Positions 11,501 through 24,571 of a stretch of DNA of 64,000 bases are shown here, one piece after another. The translations under genes and the position numbers were made by a program. The notes under the pieces are model-generated. The model did not search any database and was not told where the DNA came from. It saw only the letters and a list, made by a program, of their open reading frames with translations. Numbering within the stretch: position 1 is the stretch's first letter; every line of letters starts with the position of its first letter. Where the stretch lies: contig NW_019091357.1 of the NCBI RefSeq assembly GCF_001949145.1, positions 1,452,746 through 1,516,745 on the forward strand. The letters are read 5' to 3'. This DNA is from Acanthaster planci (lineage: Eukaryota).

Positions 11501-14500
11501 CCTTTGGCTAGATTCGCTTTAACTCCAGTGCTATTTCATCTGGTTTAATCTTATACAACCTTGACGAAACAAAGGTCTTGTCTATGGGAATCGTTTCATT
11601 CTATTCTTGAAACTAAATGGTTTCGGGTCAGAAATTACCCTCAAATTGCTCTGTGTCTGTGGAACGGTTCGATGTTTTCATGAATGGAGGATTTTCTGAA
11701 CAAGATTGAGATGTTCGTTTGTATAGGCCTATTAGTCGACCAAAACCATTTTGTCTTTCATTTTTGTCATTTTGTTTTGTTGGAGATGTTGACCATCTTG
11801 GTATCAAAAAGATAGATTTCGTTTTCCTGTTCGCGAAACACCAAGGAAGGAGATGCAGGATAGGCCATTCTGGGCCGCAGTCTCAAAGTACCCTAAATTC
11901 ATCTTCAACGTTTGAATGGGCCTTCAAAAGATCGTTTCTTGTTTTGCCCAAATACATGTCGCCGGTGGCGTGCACATATTCTGGGGATTGGAGGGAAACA
12001 CAAAAAAGGGAAATAAATCACCGCTGTGGGTAGCAATTATAACAAACCAGGCTGCAATATGGAGAACCATCACACTAGATCATCTTTCCGCTCAACCAAA
12101 TATTATCAGCGTAATTACCCAGCTAGAACGCTTTGTCTGCCGCCGAGTTTTTGTCCGGTCGTTTAGACCAAAACCCATCCATTTCAAAGAAGATTGCCTG
12201 CCAAGGCCAAATGTTTGCAGAGTTGGGCGGTGAAAGGGTGTTGGAACTACAGAGGTAAGTAGATCAGGCAATAGTGAGCATATCTTCACAAAACGGAGTT
12301 TTTACAACGGGACGTTTTGCCTGAATTTGCAGTCAAACTGTTGCAGCAACGAGGTGGCGTATGGGCATCCGAAGGAAGGTTTTGAATGTTAAGTTAAAAA
12401 CTTCGTTTAGAATAACACGCTCAAGAACCAAAACCTGTGCACATTTTTATATATTTGTTTATTTTGGCAAAGTCAGAACTAAACGGAAGTAATTTCATTT
12501 TATCTGCATTAAGGGGAGAAATTAAGGTCTTGATAATCTTCTGGTCATTTTATCGATGAAATGTAACTTTGGAATTAGTACATACATGTAGCTACACATA
12601 CGGTGTGTTTGGGGTTTCAATATGTTTGAATTTGATTTTTGTACCACTATATGGCACAATTTTTAAAAAGTGCGTCGTGCTTAACAAGAGACTTGTTGAA
12701 TGGTTGAAAGTGCACATTGAGTTCGCTACTGCTTTTTGTATATATTAAATGACGAGAAAGTTGAAATATCTTGATTTTTTTCAATGGCGCAAGGCCTTCT
12801 AAAGAAAAAGTGCTGTGAACTTTTCCAGAATGCAAAAGATAGACTTGTCATAAGTTCAACTAAGAGTCGGAATCGTGGACTTCAACGAATCGACTAGGAT
12901 TTCGTGAAAGTCAACGAAACGGGACCACAAAAGTCTCAACTGGAGAAAATAGGCAGGTATAACTGTTACAAGGAATGGGCACTGAAGGCCTTGCATACTG
13001 TGTCGAAGTACCAGACCAAGATGGCTGGAACCGAGGATATGCGTCATCCAGCACTTCCTGAGAGCAAAGTTTAGGATTACCTTGCAAAAATTTCAGAAAA
13101 GTGCAAGTAAAAAGTTGTTTTTCTGGGTCAGATCGGTAAACGAAGAGTATATTCAATAAACGACGTCGCATGACTGATTAAGGAATAAAAATTAGTGGAA
13201 CTTTGTGTGATCGCGAAATAACTGATATATAGAAGCAAAATCCCCTCTGGCACTCTAGCACTATTTCAAAATTTAAAACAACCTAAAATTTGTAACTGTT
13301 TATATCCATATTTCTTATCATTACTGCTCCATGCAAGTAACCAAGAACTCAAAACAACGGAAGATCAGCGGTCAACGGCCGATCGCCAAGCCAGCGAGAC
13401 ACCAAGTGATAATGCACGGATAAACGCGTCTCAGTCTCTGGTTGTGGGTTTGCTCGTGGGTCGGAAGGGGAATTTCCCTGTTATATGAATGATAGGGTTC
13501 CGTGGTTATTCCTTCTCTTAAGCTTGACTCTTGGTGGCAGCTTTGTCTTGTGTTGAAACCCTAAAATGGTCAGCGATTAACGGATTTAGGGCTTCGAGAG
13601 TGTGAAGGTTGTTGGCCAGTACAGGACCGACGTTGCCTGCTCAAACCTAATCACAATTTGCTGTCAAACTATCCGGTATTACCGCATACAGGAGGTATGT
13701 TTTAAGTTCAAACTAAAACTGAACGAAGAAACTTATATACAAAAGAATACTCCTCTCCCTAACCGAAGGAAGGGTAACTTGCACTGGAAGGGGCTATTTT
13801 CAGCCTCTTTCAGTCTAAATTCAGAGTGATTTTCACTCTAAAACGTTTTGTCCCTAGTTCACTCCTTCCGATTTACAGGGTATGAGCTCCAGTTATCCGA
13901 TTCCGTGTGCTGTGCCGGACAAGAATTCCAGCGGTGCTTTCCCGTCAAACAAATATAAAAGTGATATACCTTTCATGTATGTTCAATACCACTCTGACAA
14001 GTTTCAGGCAAGAGTTCCAAAGGGTTGCCTTCTTTAGCATTTTAAATAATTCCTAAATGATCCTCCAAATGGAAATACTTCAGTCAGGCTCTACATCGGC
14101 AGAGCGGTTTTCCTACCGTTGGTTTTGGAGAGCCAGTTCCGGGGACGCCGGCCGATTCGGCCGGCATTGCTTAGCGGCAGTTATCGCGTAAGCTGTAAGA
14201 CGCCAAATGGTGTACAAGCAGATTCATCATCATTTGGATTTAAAATTCTGAAAAAGTCGGTGCTAAACGGGCTAAACGGCTTTCAACGGGCAGACTTTCA
14301 CCCTGCCGAAATCGGCCATCCTCAAAGTGACCGTATTATCAAGATAAAAAAAAAACTGATTTCCAGAAGGGCTGCCGTAAAACGGGCTTTCCCTACAGGA
14401 AATGCTTTTTTACCGTCGTTTCTCTGAAATGGGAAACGCTGAGCTACCTATTCCAAGTTTCAAACAGATTTTATCCATAGAAATCAATTTAAAACCAGGG

Positions 14501-16006
14501 AAAGCCCGATTGCTCCAGTTTAATTTACTTACCTAACTGACACACATTTGACTAAGACTCTCCAGCGGCGAGGAATAGTCCACCAACCGCGCATCGGACC
14601 GTGTTCATGACCCTGCCGAGGACGGTTACCTGATCTATCCGTGCTCGGTAATCCCTTTGCTATCGGCGACGCTTAAAGTCACGTCGCTTCTTGACTCCAA
14701 CTACATTTGCTCTTAAATGGCTCCTTTGACAACAAGGCTTACGTCCGGTGTGCTGTACCGTTGCCGGTCATTCTTGAGCCAAGGTCAGCTTGATTTCGAA
14801 TTAACGAGTATTTGTAAAATCACCGGGCTCATAGTGACCCTGTGCCATTAACTTTCGCTGGCTGTTGACCCGTTTGTTCTCTGGAGATGGACACCACTGG
14901 CCAGAAAAGCTTGAACGTTTTTCAGAATTTACACGATTAGAATTCAGCAAAGCGAATGGGATATCAATTCTTGAGTTCCCCTCCAGCACCCCCCCCCCAT
15001 AATATCATGTACCTCTCGGGACTGAAAATGCTCACTGCTGATCTTCCATTTTCGCTCTGTATTAAGTGTAAACAACACCTGACATTGCTTATACAATGTC
15101 TAAGGCAACCGACAAACCAACAGTCTTACCCATAACTGAATTTAAACTCGCAAATACCTTCACAATAGGTGTTCAAGTACACAATTATAAGACGCATATT
15201 CCAGAAGTAGGCCTGATGCTGTGTGGTTGATGTAGGCCCCCTAGTGCTTTGACTCAACTGCACAACGGCATCGCAAACTTCACTTCTTACACAAGTCAAA
15301 TTCTATAACGGTAAGAACTCGTGAGATGCTCAACTTAATCATTTTGTTGCCTATTTTATTTGTATTTACTTAAGACTTGAAAAAGAGCAACAGTAAAATG
15401 GAACGTCCGTATCCCTTAGTCTCAATTCAGAACGACTTATTTATGTATACCAAAATCGGGGGCTTCATCTCGCTACATTTGCCTGGAAAGAGCTGGCGCT
15501 CTTTGTCGAGCAGAAAACGAGTGCAAAACGAGGATTTCTTTTTGGATTAAGTAAATCTAGAAAGAAGGAAACATGGGAGTAACGTGATCGGTGTGGATGA
15601 AAGTCCACTCACTATCAAAAATAACGATCCGAGTCCTCTGCTTGTCTGCCATAATGTCTTTGACCGAATGTACTTTCCGAGTGAGCTTTGTATTTGCTAC
15701 CTGCTCTGTTGGCCATGTCAAGGCCCTTTGCCTTTGTTGTAACCAACTGCTTTGCATATAAGGCCTCAGCACAAAAGACTTTCGAAAGCCATGGAAGTCT
15801 ACTAGTATTTCACGTCTTATTTTGACACTCATCTCACATGTTGAAATTTAGGGGGTAATTTCATCATCTATTTGTTGATTTATTGTATGTTTTCAGTGCA
15901 CGGTATTTTAGAGTATATTACCCAGCCTACAGCACTTCCAGACACGAACTGTAAATTTCAAAAAGAATGCCTATAATAAGCAATGTCGTGTTTTTCAAGA
16001 TCTTTA

Positions 16007-16285
16007 GGGGGAGCGGGTTTTTTGCGGTGCTTTCCTCTCTTTGAGTTGCACCAGTGAGGCCAGGGTTCAAGTCCCGGCTTGGCCCAGGCTTTTAAGTGCA
16101 TTTGGTTTCCAGTCCATACTCGCTCTCGCAGGTGTTCTCCGGGTACTGCGGTTTCCTCCTGCCTCTAAAACTGGACCTTCTTAGTAATGTGATGCTGATT
16201 AATAAAGGTACAGTTATGAATAAACGTATAGTTATTTGGCGCAAATAGCCCGAGGAACTGAAAGCGCCATTAAAAAAAGCCACAA
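16007..16285 (+). mobile_element. tRNA-derived SINE with a V/Meta-SINE-like central domain and an 11-bp target-site duplication
   Basis: B box GGTTCAAGTCCC (~16065-16076); core GGTGTTCTCCGGGTACTGCGGTTTCCTCC (16131-16159) resembling the conserved V-/Meta-SINE motif; A-rich tail; perfect direct repeat CAAGATCTTTA at 15996-16006 and 16286-16296. Confidence 0.8.
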
Positions 16286-19200
16286 CAAGATCTTTAAGTA
16301 ATAGAAATTAATATACAAAAGTCCTAATGATACCTCTCAAACATTAAGCGTTAAATTTCAGCACCCATGGTCCATGGTCTACACGACATATCAAACACTG
16401 GCGTGGTTTTATTTTAGTCATTGATGTCGGCCATGTTTTTTCCCCATTCTTTTCCCAGCTTTTTTCTTGTATCTTCAAGTTGAGAATGTAGAGCTAGAGT
16501 CTGCTTCTTTTTGCATTTAAGAATCATCGAAGACAATTTTGTCGAAGGGTAAACCTGTTCCGTCCACTGGAGACACGAGAAAGAGAAAGTAAAGAAACAA
16601 TGACAAACGATAACATAATTCTTTTTTTTTCATAAATCACCTGCCCTCACCGGGAAAAGTAACAGCGTACCAGTTATTCACAATGAGATTATCATCCCGA
16701 AAATGGTTGACATGATTTTTCGATTTAACCTGGTCGGTGGCGGAGATGTGAGCAGAAAAATCCAGAGAGGCTTTTGGACAATGGGTATTTTCATTTCATC
16801 TCATCAGAACCTTCAATCACCACGCATGGGATCCCAAGCTGCGCTCCCCATTTCGGAGAATAGAATAGTTCTCCATTTCCATCACACCTACCACCGAGGC
16901 TTCATTGTCGCCTCTAAAGACCAACGGCATTTACACTTTTAATTCAGTGAAGTCACCCGTGTCACAAGACAACAGGGGTTGTACCCACAAAACACAGTTC
17001 TCTATATCGCTGTTTCCCTTAAAGGGGCACTGCCAGCGAAGCTCACCAGGATTTCATGGGCCCTGTAAAAAAAAATAAAATAAAGTCAGTGCCACTAATC
17101 TAGAAATAAGCAGTATCGGGGCAGTCCCGCAATCAACCAAGTGAGGGTCATTTAAGGCCAATCAGATGTCAACAGCTTTGTAACAATTGTTTGTTCAAAG
17201 GTCAGATATGTACTTTTACAGTTTCAAACGAGCGGGAGGCGGAGATGCAACTCTGGACCGTAAGTTTTTTTTTCGCCAGATGGACATATCATGGATCAGG
17301 ACGGCGGAAATTTTTGGACTTGGAACTTGGAAATCTTTTCTGCTTCCTGATTCAGCCTGTGCAGTATTGCGTATTTACATCTGAAATACGTTGCCATTAT
17401 TCGCTGCTCATCTTAAATCAGTTATTTCGTTCTCGAAATAAAGAGCAGGACCTCTGACATTTGTAACGACAGTACGAAAAGCTCTACGTTCGGAATAACG
17501 CGGATGAGTTTTTCTTGTGGGATGTGGGGAGGCTAAAAGTATCTTGGGCTGAATAATTCGCTAACAAGATAAGCCCACAACAACTTAAAACGAAACCTAA
17601 ATATATCCGTTTTCTATATTTTATTTAACAAACCTGAAGAGTACAGTGGTTTTATTTCCAAAGACTAAAAGTATACAACTATGGCACTCTTTGTTGTCAG
17701 ACAATCAGACAAAAAAAATCACCACGATTTCATCGAAGTATCATCTATATAGTTTCGATAGAATTACTCCCTCAAGCTTTAGTCGGGCGTTGGGTCAGGG
17801 TTGACATGTGGGATGAGTGTGGAAATTTCAATGCTGCCGTGAGGTTTTATAAATTCCAGCAACATTAAAAGGAAATTTAAAATCACAAAGGAAGTATATC
17901 AAAGGGGATCCACAAAAATTAGAACAAGCTGGTTAAAATTGTACTAAAACTATATTTTTTCATATCAGAAGATAAACACTCCTTGTGAGTTGATATTTCT
18001 TTATAAATGGAAAGGATAAGGACTTACACAAATTTCACCTATATAATTAATGTGGTTTTCGTAGGCGTCAAGCATTTGCGCCCTCAACGTCGGGAAACTT
18101 TGGTAAAAGCATCCCGGCTTGAGGGCGTTCTTTTTGCTGTATAGCTCTTCCACAGTTTTAGAAGTAGTAGCCCCGCGACTCATATGAAGCAAAATATGAG
18201 AGTGCTTCGTGTTGGTCATTGTCTCACTGGAATCTGAGCAATTCTTTTCAGACATCTAGGGGGATGTTTGAGGTAACAATAGTCTAGAGTGTGTATAGCG
18301 ATTAGACAATTTTTTGTGGGGGGGGTACCCCTCGGTCTCATTTCTTGCTGGATATATAGTGGCTCTCAGCAACGAGATTCATGTTATTAAATCTGTTGTG
18401 ACAATAAAGTTGCAATGAATACAGCAGCGTAGCCGGGGGAGGCGCCCCCATAAAAAATTTTCGGCCCCAACAGAAATTCGGAAAACAAAGAAATCGTAAT
18501 ATTATTGGGCCCTTAGAAAAAATGGGACTGGTGCCGCCTCACTGTAACATCAGTTTCCTAACCCCCTATATAGGGAGAAGAACCTTTGCAATGCATAAAG
18601 TGCCATATCGGAATAACACGCCATTAACAAAGGGAGACTTTCAGACGCTTGGTGGCGGCAAACACACAAATCCATGTCCATGAACTTGTTTCACCTTTGG
18701 TCAGTGGTTAAGTAGTTTCATGACTTGGTGTTGCCTCTGTTACGTCATTGACAAAAATACATACAGTCGGTGCTCTTAATTTAGCTTATTGCTGAGCTTT
18801 CGGTAACTGGGTACCTCTGTCAGATGACGTAATCGTTTCTAGTTATTCGTTTTTTTGGGGGGGGGGGAATCCTTAACATGTTCCTGAGCTGGTTATAACT
18901 TTGACGTCATAAACATGTTTGTGGTTTGGGATTGCCCCAACACGCTTCTGTTCTAAGCATTCGCTGGTTGTTCTGAGCATGCATGTACAGTGACTAGGAC
19001 CAGTATGTCTGCTGCCACCATCGTCTCAAAGCGGACTCCAATTCTGGCACCATTCTCATGCTAGGTGCAGACCCATTTTCGTCCATCTACATCTTGAAAA
19101 ATGAAATAAATTAACCGAAACGGCTTCCAACCTACACGGCACTTCCCTGATGACCCCTGACATGTTGCCTCATGCTTTAACGCTAGGCGATACCTGATTT

Positions 19201-21331
19201 CATCCAGAGTCGTCAGGAATCCTCGGAGCTGGGATCCTGACTTACCCTCGACGTCGTCGGCCCGTTGAGTCAAAGCAGCGCAGATATGTCCCTGAGTGGT
19301 CACGTCCTATCCTGTTTACTGTGTAAATTTCGGAAGTTATCTTACCGAGGCAGCGTGGGAAAAATCACCACTCACCTGAAAAAAAACTGAATTCCTTATT
19401 CCTATATTATGCATGAGTCAGCCCCCCCCCGCCCAAATGCTTGTAACACAAAACATCTCCTTTTGTTTTGGGCAAAAGAAATTTATCTCAAATATTCACA
19501 TGGTCTTAGTACATCACGTCCGAAAGAAAGAAAAAGAAATTTAAAATCATTAATTCAAATAATAGGAGACCAGTGCAAAGTCCCAAGTCGATTATCTCCA
19601 AGATCAATTTGCATGTCAGTTTTATAAGAGGGAAAAATATCATACATTTATGATTTCCCTCTGGCGTTTCATTGAGGCCATGCTTTCAGAAAAAAAACAT
19701 CTTCCAAGGCTCTGACTTTCTTATATACGTCACTGATAACAATGATTAACGTTTTCTCTTTAATTGGATGCCTTGGTCGGCTTTCAGTTTCGATATAAAC
19801 CCCATTAATACGATTTCTGATAACACCGTAGAGAGATGTATTGTCTGTATTGTGCACTATTGGAATTCATCAAGATCCTTGGAAATGATAGGCAGTCAAA
19901 GTACTAGAGTTCGCGCGCATGTTTGAGAAGCGTGCCCGTGTTGTCAGTTACAATGATGTATGCTGGTTCCGTCCCCCCGCGATCACGTCAAAGCCAGTGA
20001 CGGCCGGGCATTCATACTGAAGCAGAATTCATAATGATAAAGTTGATCATTTTCGCTGAGTACGGGAGAAAGTACGTTGCGTTCGTGTGTATTTCAAAGG
20101 GTGACGCATGCGTCCCCCCGCATACACCGGATGAGTTCTGGGAATTGCTTTTACAAGCCATCATCGTCTGGTATCAAAGCACAAAGTGCCATGACTTTTG
20201 GCAGTTCATGTATACCCCTTAGTCGACAAAATTTGTGAATGCTGTTGGATTTCCACAACTGTTCATCATCAGTTTTCCGAGATTTGTCCTTATCTTCTCA
20301 GTTCCGACGACCTTCCAAGTTGCTGAGAATGCAATTGAGATCTGTGGTGCTGTCCCGCCAACCACATGAGAAATGACAGTAATTTAAGTCCGTGCAGGCG
20401 CAAACAGGTAATTTTGATACAGAATGTGACAGTATACTGCATAGGCAATCGATATTGAACGGTTTGAAATATACACCATGCATACGTTACAGGAACCGGA
20501 CATCAACACACTTAACCCGGATTTTCACTGCGGTTCACAGTGCTACGCTACCTCCAGTCACGGTACAGAATACTTCAGTTTTCTGGGCTAAAGTGTGGAG
20601 CCCCATGCATGCATTAGCAGACTGAGCAAGCCTCTAGTGAGTTCAACAGGCCCGCCGACAGAGCGAGCCTTTTACCCTGCCTTAGACGGTCAGTATAAGT
20701 CGCCTTTTGCACGCAATCCGCAATCAGAACTTTAAAGTGTGTTTGTTTTCTCTCAGCGGCGTCGAGAAAAACATCACTTTATCTCTCTAGAAAACCTCTT
20801 CCATATATCAAAGGTTGCAGTGCAGTTGACGAGGGCCAAGGGTAGCTCTTTAGCCGGGACGTTTGTCCTGACGAAATAATCTGGAAGGAGTTCGACAGTG
20901 TTTGCTTTTAAGGATTGCACCACACCGTTTACTTGACAACGGGTATCGCTGGATAAAGATGTGTCGAAACCTTTAAAAGGATCATGCTCTTTGAACCTGG
21001 ACACTGGCTTAGCGCTCCTTCCTTGTTCGTGTTTACATCCGATAAAAGTGGATCGTCCTGACGTCATTGCCGCGGAGTGATAAATTATTCGAGGATTTTA
21101 CATCACCAACACAGGTGGATGTATTTCTGGCTTGTAAACTAGACATTCATGGACACAACAACAGCACTATATATCAGATGCACCTTCTTGGCTCTCTTAA
21201 AACTATCCGGACCTGTGGATCTAAAACATCAGCATACAAGTCTCAGCGATTAAATTATAATATCTCGATAAGGTTTGCTGTAACATTTTTCCGCAAACTG
21301 GAATATTGTAGAGCGAGAAATTGATGTCAAA

Positions 21332-22447
21332 ATGACGATAAACGTTGATCTGTTTGATTCCCAGAATGGTACAGTGGACCCTGGAGTTGGGGGCAGAGAC
21401 TTGGCTTTCAGTGTTATTCAGGCGGTAGCTATCTGCATCTTCGCCCTCCTGACCGTGTGTGGAAACACTCTCATCATCCTCGGCATCATCAGGTTCCGCG
21501 TACTGCAGACCATCACCTCGGCTTTCATCCTGAATTTGGCCGTTGTGGACTTCTTGGTAGGAGTCACCCTGATGCCGGTGGCGCTGATCACCTGCATTAA
21601 GCAGGAGTGGATCCTCGGAAATGTCTTCTGCAAGATCAGCGGGGTGATCAACATGCTCTTCTCCGTGGCCAGTATCTCCACCCTGTCGGTCATCGCTATA
21701 GACCGGTACTGCGCCATCATCAGACCCTTGAAGTATGCCTCTTTCATGACCAGGCGCACCGTGGCCGTGTTCCTGGTCTGGGTCTGGGGACAGAGCCTCT
21801 TGATCGCTCTACTCCCTCTGGCCCCGTGGTCCGAATACAGATACGATTCAAGCGAACTCCTGTGCCTGATCGCTTGGGGATCCACTCACTTCTCCTTCGC
21901 AACCTTGTGCCTCTTTGTTTGCATTATCGTACCCCTTGGGATCATGTTCTTCTGCTACTACCACATCCTGAAAGTAGCACGGCACCACTCTCGGAGGGTC
22001 AACGCCCTCAAGACAATTTCAATGAATTCCTTGGCCAGTAACCACACCCTGGCAGATTCAGACGCGACAGGAGCGTCGGGCACGAGTGGCGACACGCGGC
22101 TCGCGATCGAGAGCCAATCCCACCGTTGCCACCAACCGAAGAAGCCCAAGAAGGTGTGCGGGGCCATCCACGTTGCCTCGCGGGAGAATAAATCGACGGC
22201 CATGATGATGATGGTGGTAGGGACATTTATCCTTGCCTGGTTGCCGTATATAACAGGGGCTCTCTGCAAAGTGATAGCCAGTGAGTGCTTGTGGCCGAAA
22301 AGTTATTTCACCGTCTGTGTGCTAGTGGCCATGTTGCAATCTTCGCTGAATCCTATCATATACGGCGTAATGGATCGCCGTTTTCGCGGAGCTATGAAGG
22401 CTATCGTCATGTGTTCCAAACGTGCTGCTGTTGACTGCGATGGATAA
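21332..22447 (+). CDS. Class A (rhodopsin-like) GPCR, orphan/GPR161-like; single coding exon, 371 aa
   Basis: Seven hydrophobic segments with GN (TM1), LAVVD (TM2), Cys3.25 and DRY (TM3), W (TM4), P (TM5), FILAWLPY (TM6) and NPIIY..RRFR (TM7/helix 8). N-glycosylation site NGT near the N-terminus. Confidence 0.95.
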   Translation: MTINVDLFDSQNGTVDPGVGGRDLAFSVIQAVAICIFALLTVCGNTLIILGIIRFRVLQTITSAFILNLAVVDFLVGVTLMPVALITCIKQEWILGNVFCKISGVINMLFSVASISTLSVIAIDRYCAIIRPLKYASFMTRRTVAVFLVWVWGQSLLIALLPLAPWSEYRYDSSELLCLIAWGSTHFSFATLCLFVCIIVPLGIMFFCYYHILKVARHHSRRVNALKTISMNSLASNHTLADSDATGASGTSGDTRLAIESQSHRCHQPKKPKKVCGAIHVASRENKSTAMMMMVVGTFILAWLPYITGALCKVIASECLWPKSYFTVCVLVAMLQSSLNPIIYGVMDRRFRGAMKAIVMCSKRAAVDCDG

Positions 22448-23586
22448 CACGCATCGTTCAACAACTGCACTCTAACAACTATTCTCCATTGTAGCGGTTA
22501 GTGCGCAAATTCTCAGCAAAGAAAACTTGCATTTATTGAAGAGCAAACATGAACCACTTCGTTTTGTTTTAGTTAGTGAGACTTCAGAAACATACAGGCG
22601 TTTTCAGAACAGGTACGACAGAGCAAACCACACTCTGTTTATTTATGTACATTTATAATGTATGTTTACTTACTTTTACTTACTTTACTTTAGCAATTTT
22701 CATTCTTGAATTTCAGCAGTAACTCAAGAAGCGACAAGTATTCAGTTTCTAAGTTAACACTTTAACAAAGTTTATTATAGTGATATCGGAATAGCACGCT
22801 GTACTAAGATTGTTACAACACTTTTCATTTTATGTAAAAAAAGATGAACACATTGAGCAATAAGTTTCAATTAAATCTCATCCCAATTTTCAGAAACAGA
22901 ACAGCAGCGAAAATTGTACCTGAATAAATTAAGATAAGCAGGAATAGACAGTGAAATTATTCTAACATCTCCAGGCCATTGGGTCGGATTTACTTGCATA
23001 TTTGCGGTCGGTGCAGCTCTTTAATGATATGATATTTTGGAACAAAATAATTATTAAACACGGGGGGGTATTGCCAGTTGTGTAACATGTTATTTTCCAT
23101 GACTACTAGAAAAATGCACCATCGTTTGAAAGAGAAAGTCATTGCATTGCAGCAACTGAATGATGACTGTAGCTCTATCTGTAAGTGTTATAATTTTGAA
23201 AGGAAAAAACCTGCCGGGAAACAGTACAACTCTAAGATGTGTAGGTACGGAAATAGCTTGTTATTCAATCGTTGTTTACTTTTCCTGGTGAAAAGCAGAT
23301 GGCCTTACCAACAGAAAACAATAGATACTCGAGATGAGAGGTTTGTGTGTTTCTTTGTACAAAACTGATAATTGAGCTTGTTGTACGGGACGATCGTGAC
23401 GTTGATACCCCACGGGTTCGCGCAGTAGAGATTATTGTTGGAATGAAGTGACTGAAAGTAGCGAAATTGAGTCGAATAAACTCAAAATGTATACGTTCTT
23501 CGAGGGTTAGTGTTTGGGTAACTGGACTTTTAATTCGTTTCTATTTAAAAATATTTATTTCTGTATTATGGAAAGTTATTAATATT

Positions 23587-24571
23587 NNNNNNNNNNNNNN
23601 NNNNNNNNNNNNNNNNNNNNNNNNNNNNNNNNNNNNNNNNNNNNNNNNNNNNNNNNNNNNNNNNNNNNNNNNNNNNNNNNNNNNNNNNNNNNNNNNNNNN
23701 NNNNNNNNNNNNNNNNNNNNNNNNNNNNNNNNNNNNNNNNNNNNNNNNNNNNNNNNNNNNNNNNNNNNNNNNNNNNNNNNNNNNNNNNNNNNNNNNNNNN
23801 NNNNNNNNNNNNNNNNNNNNNNNNNNNNNNNNNNNNNNNNNNNNNNNNNNNNNNNNNNNNNNNNNNNNNNNNNNNNNNNNNNNNNNNNNNNNNNNNNNNN
23901 NNNNNNNNNNNNNNNNNNNNNNNNNNNNNNNNNNNNNNNNNNNNNNNNNNNNNNNNNNNNNNNNNNNNNNNNNNNNNNNNNNNNNNNNNNNNNNNNNNNN
24001 NNNNNNNNNNNNNNNNNNNNNNNNNNNNNNNNNNNNNNNNNNNNNNNNNNNNNNNNNNNNNNNNNNNNNNNNNNNNNNNNNNNNNNNNNNNNNNNNNNNN
24101 NNNNNNNNNNNNNNNNNNNNNNNNNNNNNNNNNNNNNNNNNNNNNNNNNNNNNNNNNNNNNNNNNNNNNNNNNNNNNNNNNNNNNNNNNNNNNNNNNNNN
24201 NNNNNNNNNNNNNNNNNNNNNNNNNNNNNNNNNNNNNNNNNNNNNNNNNNNNNNNNNNNNNNNNNNNNNNNNNNNNNNNNNNNNNNNNNNNNNNNNNNNN
24301 NNNNNNNNNNNNNNNNNNNNNNNNNNNNNNNNNNNNNNNNNNNNNNNNNNNNNNNNNNNNNNNNNNNNNNNNNNNNNNNNNNNNNNNNNNNNNNNNNNNN
24401 NNNNNNNNNNNNNNNNNNNNNNNNNNNNNNNNNNNNNNNNNNNNNNNNNNNNNNNNNNNNNNNNNNNNNNNNNNNNNNNNNNNNNNNNNNNNNNNNNNNN
24501 NNNNNNNNNNNNNNNNNNNNNNNNNNNNNNNNNNNNNNNNNNNNNNNNNNNNNNNNNNNNNNNNNNNNNNN
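23587..24571. other. Assembly gap (N run)
   Basis: Run of Ns; ORFs crossing it are artefacts. Confidence 1.

Noticed and set aside
19110..19165. Hammerhead ribozyme-like GAAAC..CTGATGA
   Set aside because: The required flanking stems could not be paired.
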